The translations under genes and the position numbers were made by a program. A DNA stretch of 64,000 nucleotides from Acidobacteriota bacterium. Lineage in GTDB: Bacteria; Acidobacteriota; Thermoanaerobaculia; Multivoradales; UBA5704. Below are positions 28,504 through 40,485 of this stretch, piece after piece. Location of the stretch: assembly GCA_040349255.1 (NCBI GenBank), contig JBEQUE010000144.1, positions 15,524-79,523 of the forward strand, written 5' to 3'. Under the pieces are notes generated by a model. The model was not told the DNA's origin. It worked only from the letters and a program-made list of their open reading frames with translations, and did not search any database. Position 1 is the stretch's first letter. Every line of letters begins with the position of its first letter.

Positions 28504-28750
28504 GATCCGGATCGCCGGGAAGGCGCCGGCTGTCCCAGGCCCGCCGCGCTTCCCGGATCGCACGCGAGGGCTCCTCCCGGCCTTCGTTGCTCCACGCACC
28601 CGCAGCGTCCCTGGCCGCCTTGAGCTGCCTCAGCTGCGCCAGCCGTTCCCGAACCGCCTCTTCGATGAACTCACTCCTCTGCCGGACCGGCACGAGCTCG
28701 CGCATCTCCTTGAGCAGAGAATCCTTGAAAACGACGTTCATGCGTGCCAT
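28496..28750 (-). CDS. Ribbon-helix-helix (CopG/VapB-like) DNA-binding protein. It could alternatively be a ParR/ParG-like centromere binder.
   Basis: MARMNVVFKDSLLKEMRELVPVRQRSEFIEEAVRERLAQL (RHH pattern). Confidence 0.65.
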   Translation of the reverse strand: MARMNVVFKDSLLKEMRELVPVRQRSEFIEEAVRERLAQLRQLKAARDAAGAWSNEGREEPSRAIREARRAWDSRRLPGDPDHG

Positions 28751-28805
28751 AGGTATGCCTCTCTCCAGCACACAGGAATGTACCTTCCAGGCCACGGGTG
28801 TCAAT

Positions 28806-29865
<1,060 letters not shown>

Positions 29866-29876
<11 letters not shown>

Positions 29877-30672
29877 GGAGGACTCTTGCGGCGTCGAGCT
29901 TCTGGATGCGATGGAGCGCGAAGACCATCGAGGAGCCGACCACGAGCGCCGCGACGGCCGCCGAAGCCATCGATGGTACGAGATAGCTGCTCCAGGTCAT
30001 CCAGTGGCCCGATCCGGCGCCGAGCAGGCGGTCGGCGAGCTCTCCGGCGGCAAGGTCGCCGAGAAGCTGGCCCGCGAGGCTCGCGATCACCGCGGCGGCG
30101 AGCAGCTCGGCCGCGAGAAAGCCGCCGACGCGCCGGCCGGTGTAGCCGAGCGCGAGCAGGAGGCCGACCTCGGTCCGGCGCTCGCCGAGGAGCGCGGTCG
30201 TGGCGGCGCCGACCGAGATCAGGGCCAGGACGAAGGAGACGGCGCTGACCGCGAGGAGCACCAGCGTCAGCCGGCGGGTGAGCCGGGCGTCCGAGGCGCT
30301 CACCTTGAGGATCGGCCGCGCCTCGACGCCTTCGACGCGGCTCTCGATCTCCCGCGCCACCTCGTCGAGGCGGGCGGGGTCGGCGCGCAGGTCGATGCGG
30401 CCCGAGTCGGAGGCGACGACGGCCTGCGCCCCGGCGATCTCCTGGATGCGCGCCGCCATGCCGCGGGTGATCGTCTCCGGACCGCCGACCTGCGGCCGGA
30501 CGGTGAGGTTCGGGCCGAAGGCGGAGAGGCTCGACCCGAGACGTTCCTGGGTGCGGGCCGAGAAACCCGCCAGCGTGGCCACGGTCGCGGCGGCCACGAG
30601 GACGGCGGTCGCGATGAGCGCGAGCTGGCGCGAGCGGCGCCGCAGGCTGGCGAGGACGACCCGGAGGATCAT
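29866..30672 (-). CDS. ABC transporter permease, FtsX-like (short form)
   Basis: MILRVVLASLRRRSRQLAL...; four TM segments at the C-terminus. TAATG overlap with the upstream permease. Confidence 0.75.
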
Positions 30673-31919
30673 TACGCGGTGGCCCTCTTGAGGATGGCGG
30701 CCGGGTAGCGCTCCAGGGCGCGCAGCACGGGCAGCAGGCTCGCGGTCACGGCGAGGAGCAGGCCGGCCAGCGCGGCGAACGGCAGGAGGAGCGGCACCCA
30801 GGCCACCTCGACTCCGAGCACCGCACTGCCGAGCCACCGGCCGGCCACGAGACCGGCGGCGCCGCCGGCGGCGCCGCCGAGGAGGCCGAGCAGCGCGGCC
30901 TCGCTCAGGAAGAAGAGGACCACCCGCGGGCGCGCGGCGCCGATGGCGATCATCAGGCCGGCCTCCAGGCGGCGCTCCAGGACGGTGGCGGTCATGGCCG
31001 CGGTCACGCCGACCGCCGCCCCCGCCAGCGCCACCGCGGCGAGCGCCGCGAGCACGCCGCGCAGCCGGCCAAGGACGTCGGAGGTGGCCCCGGTCACGCC
31101 GTAGACCACGCTCGCCCGCGCCTGCGGCAGGATCTCGTTGATCTGCCAGGCGACGGAGGACGGGTAGGCCGTGCAGTACCAGGCCTCGTACTCCTGCGGG
31201 CTCATGCGGCGTGGGTCTCTGCCGTTCTTTGCCTCGGGGTTGGTCAGCGCGAAGATCTCGGCCCGGGTATAGCCGTCAGGCCGGCCCGTGAGGCTCTGGA
31301 CCGTCGCAAGCGGCGCGTAGGCCTCTTCCTCCTCGTCGCCGCCGCTGGTCAGGATCCCGGTCACGGTCAGCCGCGCGGTCCGGTCGCCGAGCACGGCCGT
31401 CATCTCACTCCCGGACCGGACGCCGAGGCGCTCGGCCAGGCGGCGGCCGATCGCGACCTCGGGGTTGCCATCGACCGGCCAGCGGCCTTCGACCTGGAGG
31501 GTCGGCCGGGTGCGCGGCAGGCCGGTGCGCCAGCCGGGCTCCAGCTCGTGGTCGAACCAGGTGCCGACGAGCGGCGCCACGATCCCGGCCGGCTGGTTGA
31601 TCCGGGGAGCCGCCCTGTCGGTCGGCTCCATCCTGACCCGCAACGGCCAGAGCGGGCTGAGCGCGACGATGTTGTTGCGCCAGAAGATCTTCCGGACCTT
31701 GGCGAGGCTCTCGACGGGCAGCGTGTCGCGGCCCGGTTCGGGCGCGAGCTGGAGGTTGGCGCCGTAGGAGCCCATCTCGGCCGCGAGGCGGTCGCCGGAG
31801 GCCAGGACGACCTCGGCGAGCGCGGTCGCACCCAGGGTGCCCAGGGCCACGGCCGTCACGGCCAGCAGCTTCCGGCGCGTGCCCCGGCGCAGCGACTCGG
31901 CGAGGAGGCGGACGTACAT
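30672..31919 (-). CDS. ABC transporter permease, FtsX/MacB-like with periplasmic domain
   Basis: MYVRLLAESLRRGTRRKLLAVTAVALG... N-terminal TM, ~250-aa periplasmic domain, C-terminal FtsX TM bundle. The start is taken at an internal ATG (31919); the track ORF 5' extension is a GC-rich artefact. Confidence 0.75.
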   Translation of the reverse strand: MYVRLLAESLRRGTRRKLLAVTAVALGTLGATALAEVVLASGDRLAAEMGSYGANLQLAPEPGRDTLPVESLAKVRKIFWRNNIVALSPLWPLRVRMEPTDRAAPRINQPAGIVAPLVGTWFDHELEPGWRTGLPRTRPTLQVEGRWPVDGNPEVAIGRRLAERLGVRSGSEMTAVLGDRTARLTVTGILTSGGDEEEEAYAPLATVQSLTGRPDGYTRAEIFALTNPEAKNGRDPRRMSPQEYEAWYCTAYPSSVAWQINEILPQARASVVYGVTGATSDVLGRLRGVLAALAAVALAGAAVGVTAAMTATVLERRLEAGLMIAIGAARPRVVLFFLSEAALLGLLGGAAGGAAGLVAGRWLGSAVLGVEVAWVPLLLPFAALAGLLLAVTASLLPVLRALERYPAAILKRATA

Positions 31920-31921
31920 CT

Positions 31922-33250
31922 CTAGTTCCCGGTCCCCATCGAATGGCCGGCATGCGCTCCGGTCGCCTGGAAAAGGCTCGATCCCGAGGCGAGATCGGAG
32001 GCCGCGAGCACGAGCTGGCCGGCCTCGACCCGCGACTTGAGCGGCACCGGGTTGCAGCCGCCCGACTGGCCGATCGACGGCGGATAGATGGCCGACCCGC
32101 AGTGGAGGCAGGTCACGTTGGGGCCGTCCTGGTAGTAGCCGCGCGGGCCGCAGATCAGGCAGGAATCGAACGCCGTCGCGATATCTCCCTTGTCGTCGAC
32201 CGGCACCGCGATGAACCGCACCGGGTGGCCATGGACCGTGACCTGGAAACGCTGGAGCCGCATGTCCTGGAAGGCGGCGAGCGGGATGCGCACGGTGCCG
32301 TCCGCGCCGACCTGGACCGGCGTGGCCGGCGAGAGCGCGGCCGGCGGCTGGGCGTAGACGAACTCGAGGCCGAGCACGACCAGGATGACCAAGCCGAGCA
32401 CCGCGCCGACCGCCCTCGCCCGCTGCTGGCGCTGGCTCTGCGCGCGGGCGAGGCGCGCCGCCGCGCCGGCATCCTCCGGCGCGGCCGGGGCGGCGGCGTC
32501 CTTCGCCCGGCCCGGGATCAGGAGCATCAGGAGCGGCAGCGCGAGGACCGCGGCGATGAAGAAGAACTCGTTCTTGACCAGCGGCCCGATCGTGGCCATG
32601 GTGGTCGGGTTGGCCGGCAGCCAACCGCCCTCGGAGAGCTCGTGGTACCCGTTGATCAGGAGCTGGAGCACGAAGACGCCGAGCGCGATGCCGGTGATCT
32701 TGAAGAACCGCCCGAGGTCCACCCGCAGGCTGCCGCGCACGAAGAGGACGCCGAAGAGGATGGCCGCCGCGAGGCCGATCAGCACGCCGAGGATGGCGAG
32801 CAGGCCGTTCGTGGTGAGCGACAGCGCGGAGAGGAAGAGCACGGTCTCGATGCCTTCGCGGAAGACCATCAGGAAGGTGAAGAGGAACAGGCCGAGGCCG
32901 ACCGAGCGCGCGTCGTCGCGGGCGAGGATCTTCGACAGCGAGCCCTTCATCTCGCCCGAGATCGTGTGCGAGTGCCGCCACATCCAGACCATCATGCTGC
33001 CGACGATCAGCGCGGAGCCGAGGTAGAGCAGGCCCTCGAAGACCTCCTCGTTGACCGCCCAGCGGTAGAGCAGCCAGGCGCCGGCCAGGCTGGCCGCGGC
33101 GGCCGTGCCGATCCCGGCCCAGACCGCGCCAAGATGGCGCTCGAATCCTTCGCGGCGCAGGAAGGCGACGATGATGCCGACGACCAGCGCGGCCTCGACC
33201 CCTTCTCGCAGCGTGACCACCAGGGCCTCAAACATGGACCACCCCTCCAC
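31922..33250 (-). CDS. FTR1/EfeU-family high-affinity iron permease fused to a C-terminal Cys-rich (DUF2318-like) domain
   Basis: REGVEAAL and REGIETVL (REGxE motifs) in TM helices. C-terminal FDSCLICGPRGYY...CLHCGSAIY...GGCNPVPL. Confidence 0.8.
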   Translation of the reverse strand: MEGWSMFEALVVTLREGVEAALVVGIIVAFLRREGFERHLGAVWAGIGTAAAASLAGAWLLYRWAVNEEVFEGLLYLGSALIVGSMMVWMWRHSHTISGEMKGSLSKILARDDARSVGLGLFLFTFLMVFREGIETVLFLSALSLTTNGLLAILGVLIGLAAAILFGVLFVRGSLRVDLGRFFKITGIALGVFVLQLLINGYHELSEGGWLPANPTTMATIGPLVKNEFFFIAAVLALPLLMLLIPGRAKDAAAPAAPEDAGAAARLARAQSQRQQRARAVGAVLGLVILVVLGLEFVYAQPPAALSPATPVQVGADGTVRIPLAAFQDMRLQRFQVTVHGHPVRFIAVPVDDKGDIATAFDSCLICGPRGYYQDGPNVTCLHCGSAIYPPSIGQSGGCNPVPLKSRVEAGQLVLAASDLASGSSLFQATGAHAGHSMGTGN

Positions 33251-33710
33251 CGACCGCCGCCGCCGGCGCGGTCTGGGCTCCAGCGCAGTCGTTGCAGAGA
33301 CCGCTGATCTGGAGCGTGTGGCGCGTCGGCACGAAGCCGTGCGCGCGGCAGATTTCGGACTGGAGCGCGGCGATACCCGGGCTCACGAACTCGACGACGC
33401 GCCCGCAGCCGGTGCAGACCAGGTGGTCGTGGTGCTGGCCGCCGTGCACGTGCTCGTAGAGGAACCGGTCCCGGCCGAGCCGCTGCTTGCGCACCATGCC
33501 GCACTCGACGAGGAGGTCCAGGTTGCGGTAGACCGTGGCCCGGGAGATCTTCAGGCCGCGCGCCTTCATCGTCGCGAGCAGCTCCTCGGCGTCGATGTGC
33601 TTGTGCTGTGCGAAGATCTCCTCGAACAGCGCGAGCCGCTCCTGAGTGACGCGCTGGCCCCGGCTGCGCAGGAATTGGAGGAAGCGCTCCCGTTCGCGAG
33701 CGTTGGACAT
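33228..33710 (-). CDS. fur: Fur-family transcriptional regulator
   Basis: MSNARERERFLQFLRSRGQRVTQERLALFEEIF...HHDHLVCTGCG...CNDC. The start is taken at an internal ATG (33710). Confidence 0.85.
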   Translation of the reverse strand: MSNARERERFLQFLRSRGQRVTQERLALFEEIFAQHKHIDAEELLATMKARGLKISRATVYRNLDLLVECGMVRKQRLGRDRFLYEHVHGGQHHDHLVCTGCGRVVEFVSPGIAALQSEICRAHGFVPTRHTLQISGLCNDCAGAQTAPAAAVGGGVVHV

Positions 33711-33883
33711 GACCGTTCTTTCCTGATCCTCTTGTCTCTTGAGATGAAGTCTCAATAATCGAGCACCATTCTGGACGTATCTGGTCCGGTTTGTCAACCG
33801 CCTGTCGAGCGCCTGTCAAGCCGCGCCGCGGGTCCCGGGTGCTATCCTGAGACAGGTATGGAAGATGCAGACTTTTTTCCACG

Positions 33884-34213
33884 ATGATCATGCCCGAGAC
33901 GCCGCCCGAGTCGCTCGATGACACCTACCACCGGCGCCGCCGCCTGCGGCGCCCTTTACCGCTCTGGCTGCGCATCGTGGTCTTCCTGGCGGGCTGGATC
34001 GTGGTCCTGGTGGGCATCGCCGGGCTGGTGCTGCCGGGCCCGGGGATCCCGACGATCATCGCGGGCGCCGCGATCCTCTCGATCGTGAGCGAGGCGACCT
34101 ACGAGCTGACCCGGAAGTCGCTGCAGCGCTGGCCGTTCATCTGGGACCGGGTGGAGGCGTTCCGCGAGCGCATCCACGACCGGCTGCACCGCTGGGCGCA
34201 CGGGAAGAAATAG
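33884..34213 (+). CDS. Small membrane protein with PGPGW-type motif
   Basis: Two TM helices containing LPGPGIPTIIAG. Confidence 0.65.
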   Translation: MIMPETPPESLDDTYHRRRRLRRPLPLWLRIVVFLAGWIVVLVGIAGLVLPGPGIPTIIAGAAILSIVSEATYELTRKSLQRWPFIWDRVEAFRERIHDRLHRWAHGKK

Positions 34214-34222
34214 GGGACGTCC

Positions 34223-34244
34223 GGGGCGCGATGAATCGCGCCCC
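34223..34244. terminator. GC hairpin (GGGGCGCG-ATGAAT-CGCGCCCC) in the 45-bp gap between convergent genes; probable bidirectional terminator
   Basis: Perfect 8-bp stem with modest T-rich flanks on both strands. Confidence 0.4.
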
Positions 34245-34258
34245 CATCCCCTATTGTT

Positions 34259-35599
<1,341 letters not shown>

Positions 35600-35671
35600 T
35601 TCAGGTCTCCTAAGAGGTCGCTCCAGGCCGCTCGGGGCCTGGAGCGCCGCGGCGATTCTATCCCAAAAGCG

Positions 35672-36862
35672 TCAAAGCTCCCGCAGCGCCGATGCCACCG
35701 GCATGCGCGCCGCCCGGATGGCCGGGAAGAGACCGCCGAAGAGACCGATCACCAGGGCCATGACGATGCCCATCACCAGAAGCGCCGGCGTCACCGCGAA
35801 CGAGAACGCCACCTGGCTGAAGGTCGACCAGTTCATGGTCGCCGCCTGGTAGCCGTTGAACGCGGCGTAGGCGGCCAGGCCGCCCAGGACGCCGCCGAGC
35901 AGCGCCAGGGTGAGCGACTCCAGCAGCACCGAGATGACCACCGGGCCCGAGCCGTAGCCCAGCGCCCGCAGCGTCGCCACCTCGCGGGTGCGCGAGGAGA
36001 CCGCCGAGTACATGGTGTTGAGCGCGCCGAAGATCGCGCCGATCGCCATCACCACGGAGATGGACACGCCGAGGCCGGTGATGATGCCGTGCAGGGTCCG
36101 CGACTGCGCCTCGTAATACTCGGTCTCGCGGATCACCTTCACGTCGAGCCTCGGATCGGTCGTCAGCGTGTCCTTGAAGCGGTCGAACGTCTCCGGCGAC
36201 TCGAGCTTCGCATAGACCGCCTGGAAGGTGCTGCCGCGGCGGTAGGCCGGCTGGAGCACGCCGGCGTCGCACCAGATCTCGGACTCGGCGAGGGCGCCGC
36301 CGGCCGAGAAGATTCCGACCACGGTCCACTCGTTGCCGCTCCAGCGCTTCTTGTCGCCGACCTGGAGGCCGGCGAACTCGGCGGCCGCGGCCTTGCCGGC
36401 GATGACCTCGTTGCGGCCCGGCTGGAAGTTGCGGCCCTCGACGATCTTGACCTCGTCGCGGACCTGGAAGGCGGCCGGCTGGACGCCGCGCAGAGGCACG
36501 TTGGCGTCCGTCCCCGTCGAGCGCTTGGGCACGTCGACGACCACGTAGAGCTCGGAGGACGCCATCGGCCCCTGGGCCGAGCGCATCACGCCGGGCGCCT
36601 CGGCGATGATCCGCGTCACGTCGCGGGTGAGGCCGCTCGTCATCTCGCTGTCGCTGCCGCTGCGCAGGACGATCGCCGTGTCGGGCGAGCCCGCGGAGAC
36701 CAGCGTGCGCTTGAAGCCTTCGCCGATCGACAGCACGGCCACGAGGACGCCCACCACGCCCATGACGCCCACGACCGTGGCCGCGGATGCGCCGAGGCGC
36801 TGGTTGATCGTGCGCACGTTGAGCCAGGTCACCACACCTACCTGAGAGAGCCAGCGGAACAT
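35672..36862 (-). CDS. ABC transporter permease (FtsX/MacB family)
   Basis: N-terminal TM + periplasmic domain + C-terminal FtsX helices. Confidence 0.85.
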   Translation of the reverse strand: MFRWLSQVGVVTWLNVRTINQRLGASAATVVGVMGVVGVLVAVLSIGEGFKRTLVSAGSPDTAIVLRSGSDSEMTSGLTRDVTRIIAEAPGVMRSAQGPMASSELYVVVDVPKRSTGTDANVPLRGVQPAAFQVRDEVKIVEGRNFQPGRNEVIAGKAAAAEFAGLQVGDKKRWSGNEWTVVGIFSAGGALAESEIWCDAGVLQPAYRRGSTFQAVYAKLESPETFDRFKDTLTTDPRLDVKVIRETEYYEAQSRTLHGIITGLGVSISVVMAIGAIFGALNTMYSAVSSRTREVATLRALGYGSGPVVISVLLESLTLALLGGVLGGLAAYAAFNGYQAATMNWSTFSQVAFSFAVTPALLVMGIVMALVIGLFGGLFPAIRAARMPVASALREL

Positions 36863-36874
36863 TCGAATCCCTCC

Positions 36875-38029
36875 TCAGCGCCGCAGCGCTTCGGCGATGC
36901 GCAGCCGCATCGCCTGCAGCGCCGGCAGGAAGCCCGTCACGAGACCGAGCAGGACCGCGAAGACGACGCCCAGGGCCGCATCCCGCCCGGGCAGATAGAA
37001 CACCGGAAGCTGACCATTCGTCGGGTCGCCGGCCGAGATGGCGAGCCATGCGATCCCGAGGCCGGCCAGGCCGCCGAGCACGGCGAGCAGGCACGACTCG
37101 GCGAGCACCAGCCCGAGCGCCTGGCCGTGGCTGAAGCCCAGGGTCTTGAGCACCGCGATCTCGTTCGTGCGCTCGCGCACCGCCTGCGCCATGGTGTTGC
37201 CGACCACCAGGAGCAGCGTGAAGAACACCGCCAGCAGGATGCCGGTCAGGATGCGGCCGACGTCGCCCACCTGGTTGGCGAACGACTGGGCCAGCGCCTT
37301 CTCGGACTGGGTCTTGGTCTCGGCCGGCGAGTTGGCGAACAGCGAATCGATCTTCTTCGAGATCTCGGCCGTGTGCTTCGGGTCGTCGATCCGGAGCACG
37401 TACCAGCCGACGACCCCGAGGTTGCCGTTGCGCACCGCCTGGTTCAGGTAGTCGTAGTGGAAGAAGAAGGACGAGGTGTCCACCCCCTTCTCCTTGCCGT
37501 CGTAGATGCCGTCGATCGTGAACTCGAAGGTCGAGGAGCCGTCCGTCTTGCGGAAGAAGGTGCCCTGGATGGGCACACGGTCGCCGACCTTCCAGTGGAA
37601 GCGGTCGGCGGTCGCGCGGCCGACGATGGCGCCCGTGCGGTCCTCCTTCCAGGCCGCCACCTGCGCCTTCGGGATCACGAGCTCGGGGTACATGTCCAGA
37701 TAGGTATCGGTGTCGACCGCCATCTGCGGGAAGAAGTTCTTGGGGTCCTGATAGACGCCGCCGAACCAGTTGAGGTGCGTCACGGCCTCCACGCCGGGCA
37801 CGGAGGCGATGCGGTCCTTGTAGGAGATGGGCAGCGGCATGATGATCGCGGTCTTGTGGATGGTCGACAGCCGATCGGTGCCGACCACGTCCACGCCCAT
37901 GCTGAAGGCCATGCGGATGGCCGCCAGGTAGCCGAACAGCAGGAAGGCGACCAGGATCGACAGCAGCGTGAAGAAGGTGCGCACCTTGCGCCGCTTCAGG
38001 TTGCTCCAGATCAGCGGGAAGAACTTCAT
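36875..38029 (-). CDS. ABC transporter permease (FtsX/MacB family)
   Basis: MKFFPLIWSNLKRRKVRTFFTLLSILVAFLLFGYL... The start is taken at an internal ATG (38029), overlapping the ATPase stop (ATGA). The track ORF 5' extension was rejected. Confidence 0.85.
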   Translation of the reverse strand: MKFFPLIWSNLKRRKVRTFFTLLSILVAFLLFGYLAAIRMAFSMGVDVVGTDRLSTIHKTAIIMPLPISYKDRIASVPGVEAVTHLNWFGGVYQDPKNFFPQMAVDTDTYLDMYPELVIPKAQVAAWKEDRTGAIVGRATADRFHWKVGDRVPIQGTFFRKTDGSSTFEFTIDGIYDGKEKGVDTSSFFFHYDYLNQAVRNGNLGVVGWYVLRIDDPKHTAEISKKIDSLFANSPAETKTQSEKALAQSFANQVGDVGRILTGILLAVFFTLLLVVGNTMAQAVRERTNEIAVLKTLGFSHGQALGLVLAESCLLAVLGGLAGLGIAWLAISAGDPTNGQLPVFYLPGRDAALGVVFAVLLGLVTGFLPALQAMRLRIAEALRR

Positions 38030-38715
38030 GCCGCCGCCTCCGTGGTGAGGGCGCCCTTGTCCAGGTGGAGGGTGCGCTTGGCGCGCGCCGCGGCGTGCGG
38101 GTCGTGGGTGACCATGATGATGGTCTTGCCGTGCTCGCGGTTGAGCGCCTGGAGCAGGTCCAGGATCTCGTCGCCGGACCTGCGGTCGAGGTCGCCCGTC
38201 GGCTCGTCGCAGAGCAGCAGGGTCGGATCGGTGACGATGGCGCGCGCGATGCCCACGCGCTGCTCCTGGCCGCCGGAGAGCTGCCGCGGGTAGTGCCCGG
38301 CGCGGTCCGCGAGCCCCACGACCGACAGCGCGGTGGACACGTGCTGCCGGCGCTGCGTCTTGGACAGATGGGTCAGGAGCAGCGGCAGCTCCACGTTTTT
38401 CTCCGCGGTGAGCACCGGCAGGAGGTTGTAGAACTGGAACACGAAGCCGATGTGGCGGGCGCGCCACTGGGCGAGCTTGCGGTCGGGCAGGCCGCTGATG
38501 GGCTCGCCGGCCACGACAACCGAGCCCGAGCTCGGACGGTCGAGCCCGCCGATCAGGTTGAGCAGCGTGCTCTTGCCCGAGCCCGACGGCCCCATGAGCG
38601 CCAGGAAGTCGCCCTGCGGCACCTCCAGGCTCAGGTTCCTCAGGATGTCGAGCCGCTCGCCTCCGCGGTGAAACACCTTCTGTACGTCCCGGACCTCGAC
38701 CAGCGCCTGCGCCAT
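38026..38715 (-). CDS. ABC transporter ATP-binding protein (MacB/LolD-like)
   Basis: MAQALVEVRDVQKVFH...GPSGSGKST...LSGGQEQR...LLLCDEPTGDLD. 229 aa from ATG 38715; the upstream extension was rejected. Confidence 0.9.
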   Translation of the reverse strand: MAQALVEVRDVQKVFHRGGERLDILRNLSLEVPQGDFLALMGPSGSGKSTLLNLIGGLDRPSSGSVVVAGEPISGLPDRKLAQWRARHIGFVFQFYNLLPVLTAEKNVELPLLLTHLSKTQRRQHVSTALSVVGLADRAGHYPRQLSGGQEQRVGIARAIVTDPTLLLCDEPTGDLDRRSGDEILDLLQALNREHGKTIIMVTHDPHAAARAKRTLHLDKGALTTEAAA

Positions 38716-38729
38716 GACTCGTATCTCCT

Positions 38730-39974
38730 TCAGGTTTCGTTTCGAACCTTGACTTTGTAGCCGTCCGCGAGCTGCTCTGGTCCTTCGATCACGACCGCCT
38801 CGCCGCCGGAGAGGCCGGAGACGACGGCCACGTCGTCGCCCGAGGCGGGAGCCGTCTTGATTGCGCGACGTTCGACCTTGTCGCCCTGGACGACGAGGAC
38901 GTACGGCTGGTCCTCGCCGCGCACGGCGGCCTTGGGGACCAGCACCTTCGGCTTGGCCTCGGCGGCATTCGCGGCGGCCGCTGTCGTCTCCTTCTCGTCG
39001 CTCAGGAACGACACCTTGACGCCCATGTCCGGCAGGATGCGCGGATCGAGCTGGTCGAACCCGAGGCGCACCTTGACCGTGGCCTTCTGGCGGTCGGCGG
39101 CGGGCACGGTGGTGATGACCCGGGCCGGGATCTGCCAGTCCGGATAGGCGTCGAGGACCGCCACGGCGCGCTGGTCGTCGCGCACCCGGTTGATGTAGGC
39201 CTCGTTGACGTCCACCTCGATCTCGAGCGACGCCATGTCGACCAGCGTGCAGATGCCGGTGCGCGTGAAGCCTCCGCCCGCGGACACCGGCGAGATCATC
39301 TCGCCGGGCTGAGCGTCCTTGGAGATCGCCACGCCGGAGAACGGCGCGCGGATGACCAGGTCGTCCAGGTTCTGGCGGTAGACCTCGACCTGGCGGCGCG
39401 AGACCTCGGCGTCCTGGCGCTGGACTTCCAGCCGCGCGGCGAACGAATCGACCTGCGCGTCGGCGGTGTCGAGCTGGGACTGCGTGGAGACGCCTTCCTT
39501 GAGGAGGTCGCGCATGCGCTTCTGGTTGAGCCGGGCTTCCTTCAGACGGACCTCGGTCTCCTGGAGCGCGTGGCGGGCGGAGACGCTCTGGGCCTCGGCG
39601 AGCGCGAGCTGGCGGCGGGCCGTGGAGTCGTCGAGCCGGGCCAGCACCTGGCCGGCCTGGACCTTCATGCCCTCCTCGACGTGGATCTCGACGACCTTGC
39701 CGGTGACCTTGGAGGAGACGGTGGCCTGGCGGCGCGCGGTGACATAGCCGGAGGCGTCGAGCACGGCGCCGGCCGCGGAGCCGCCGGCCACGGCGCGGGC
39801 GGTGGCGGTGCGGACCTCGACGGCGCGCGGGATCTTGAGCCACGCCCAGGCTCCGCCGCCGATGGCGAGCAGGACGATGGCGAGCGCGAGCCACAGCTTC
39901 CAGCCGGGGCCGCTGCGCTCCTCCGCCCCGCTGCGGTCGATGCGCAGCCCGTCGAGAGAGGGTTTTTCGGTCAT
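38730..39974 (-). CDS. Efflux periplasmic adaptor subunit (HlyD/MacA family)
   Basis: N-terminal TM, coiled-coil hairpin, beta-barrel/lipoyl-like motifs. Confidence 0.85.
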   Translation of the reverse strand: MTEKPSLDGLRIDRSGAEERSGPGWKLWLALAIVLLAIGGGAWAWLKIPRAVEVRTATARAVAGGSAAGAVLDASGYVTARRQATVSSKVTGKVVEIHVEEGMKVQAGQVLARLDDSTARRQLALAEAQSVSARHALQETEVRLKEARLNQKRMRDLLKEGVSTQSQLDTADAQVDSFAARLEVQRQDAEVSRRQVEVYRQNLDDLVIRAPFSGVAISKDAQPGEMISPVSAGGGFTRTGICTLVDMASLEIEVDVNEAYINRVRDDQRAVAVLDAYPDWQIPARVITTVPAADRQKATVKVRLGFDQLDPRILPDMGVKVSFLSDEKETTAAAANAAEAKPKVLVPKAAVRGEDQPYVLVVQGDKVERRAIKTAPASGDDVAVVSGLSGGEAVVIEGPEQLADGYKVKVRNET

Positions 39975-40099
39975 GACTCCATCCTTGAAAGGACCCGGGG
40001 CTTTCCAGGTACAGGCTCGGGTCCAGGCAGTGTTACGTCCCGGTGCGGCAAAAGTTTGCCGGGACGGTTTCGCTCGTATCGGGGGATTCTATCGCGGAT

Positions 40100-40483
40100 T
40101 CAGGGCTCGAACACGGCGCAAGCGGTATCGTTCTCCCAGACCTCGACGCGGACGACGCGGACGCGGTCGCGATCCTCGCCGCGCTCCGCCAGCCGGCGGG
40201 CGACTTCCTGGAACACATATTCGCTGAAGAGCTCGGCGGTCGTGTTCTTCTCGTCAAAAGGAGGAATGTCGTTGATCACCCGGTGGTCGAACGGACCGAG
40301 GATTTCCTGCATCATCTCCTTGAGGTCGGCGAAGTCGAGGACCATGCCCAGCCCGTCCAGCTTCCCGGCCCTCAGGTGAACCCTAACCCGATAGTTGTGG
40401 CCGTGCAGGTTCTCGCAGCCGCGGGTGTGGCCGCGGATGGCGTGGGCCGCGGAAAAGGTGAAGTCCTTGAAGATGGTGTGCAT
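40100..40483 (-). CDS. queD: 6-carboxy-tetrahydropterin synthase / 6-pyruvoyl-tetrahydropterin synthase family (QueD-like)
   Basis: FSAAHAIRGHTRGCENLHGHNYRV. 127 aa. Confidence 0.8.
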   Translation of the reverse strand: MHTIFKDFTFSAAHAIRGHTRGCENLHGHNYRVRVHLRAGKLDGLGMVLDFADLKEMMQEILGPFDHRVINDIPPFDEKNTTAELFSEYVFQEVARRLAERGEDRDRVRVVRVEVWENDTACAVFEP

Positions 40484-40485
40484 GG

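Noticed and set aside
36089-38293. 734-aa plus ORF across the two FtsX permease genes
   Set aside because: It is an antisense GC-rich shadow; the permease TM patterns are on the minus strand.
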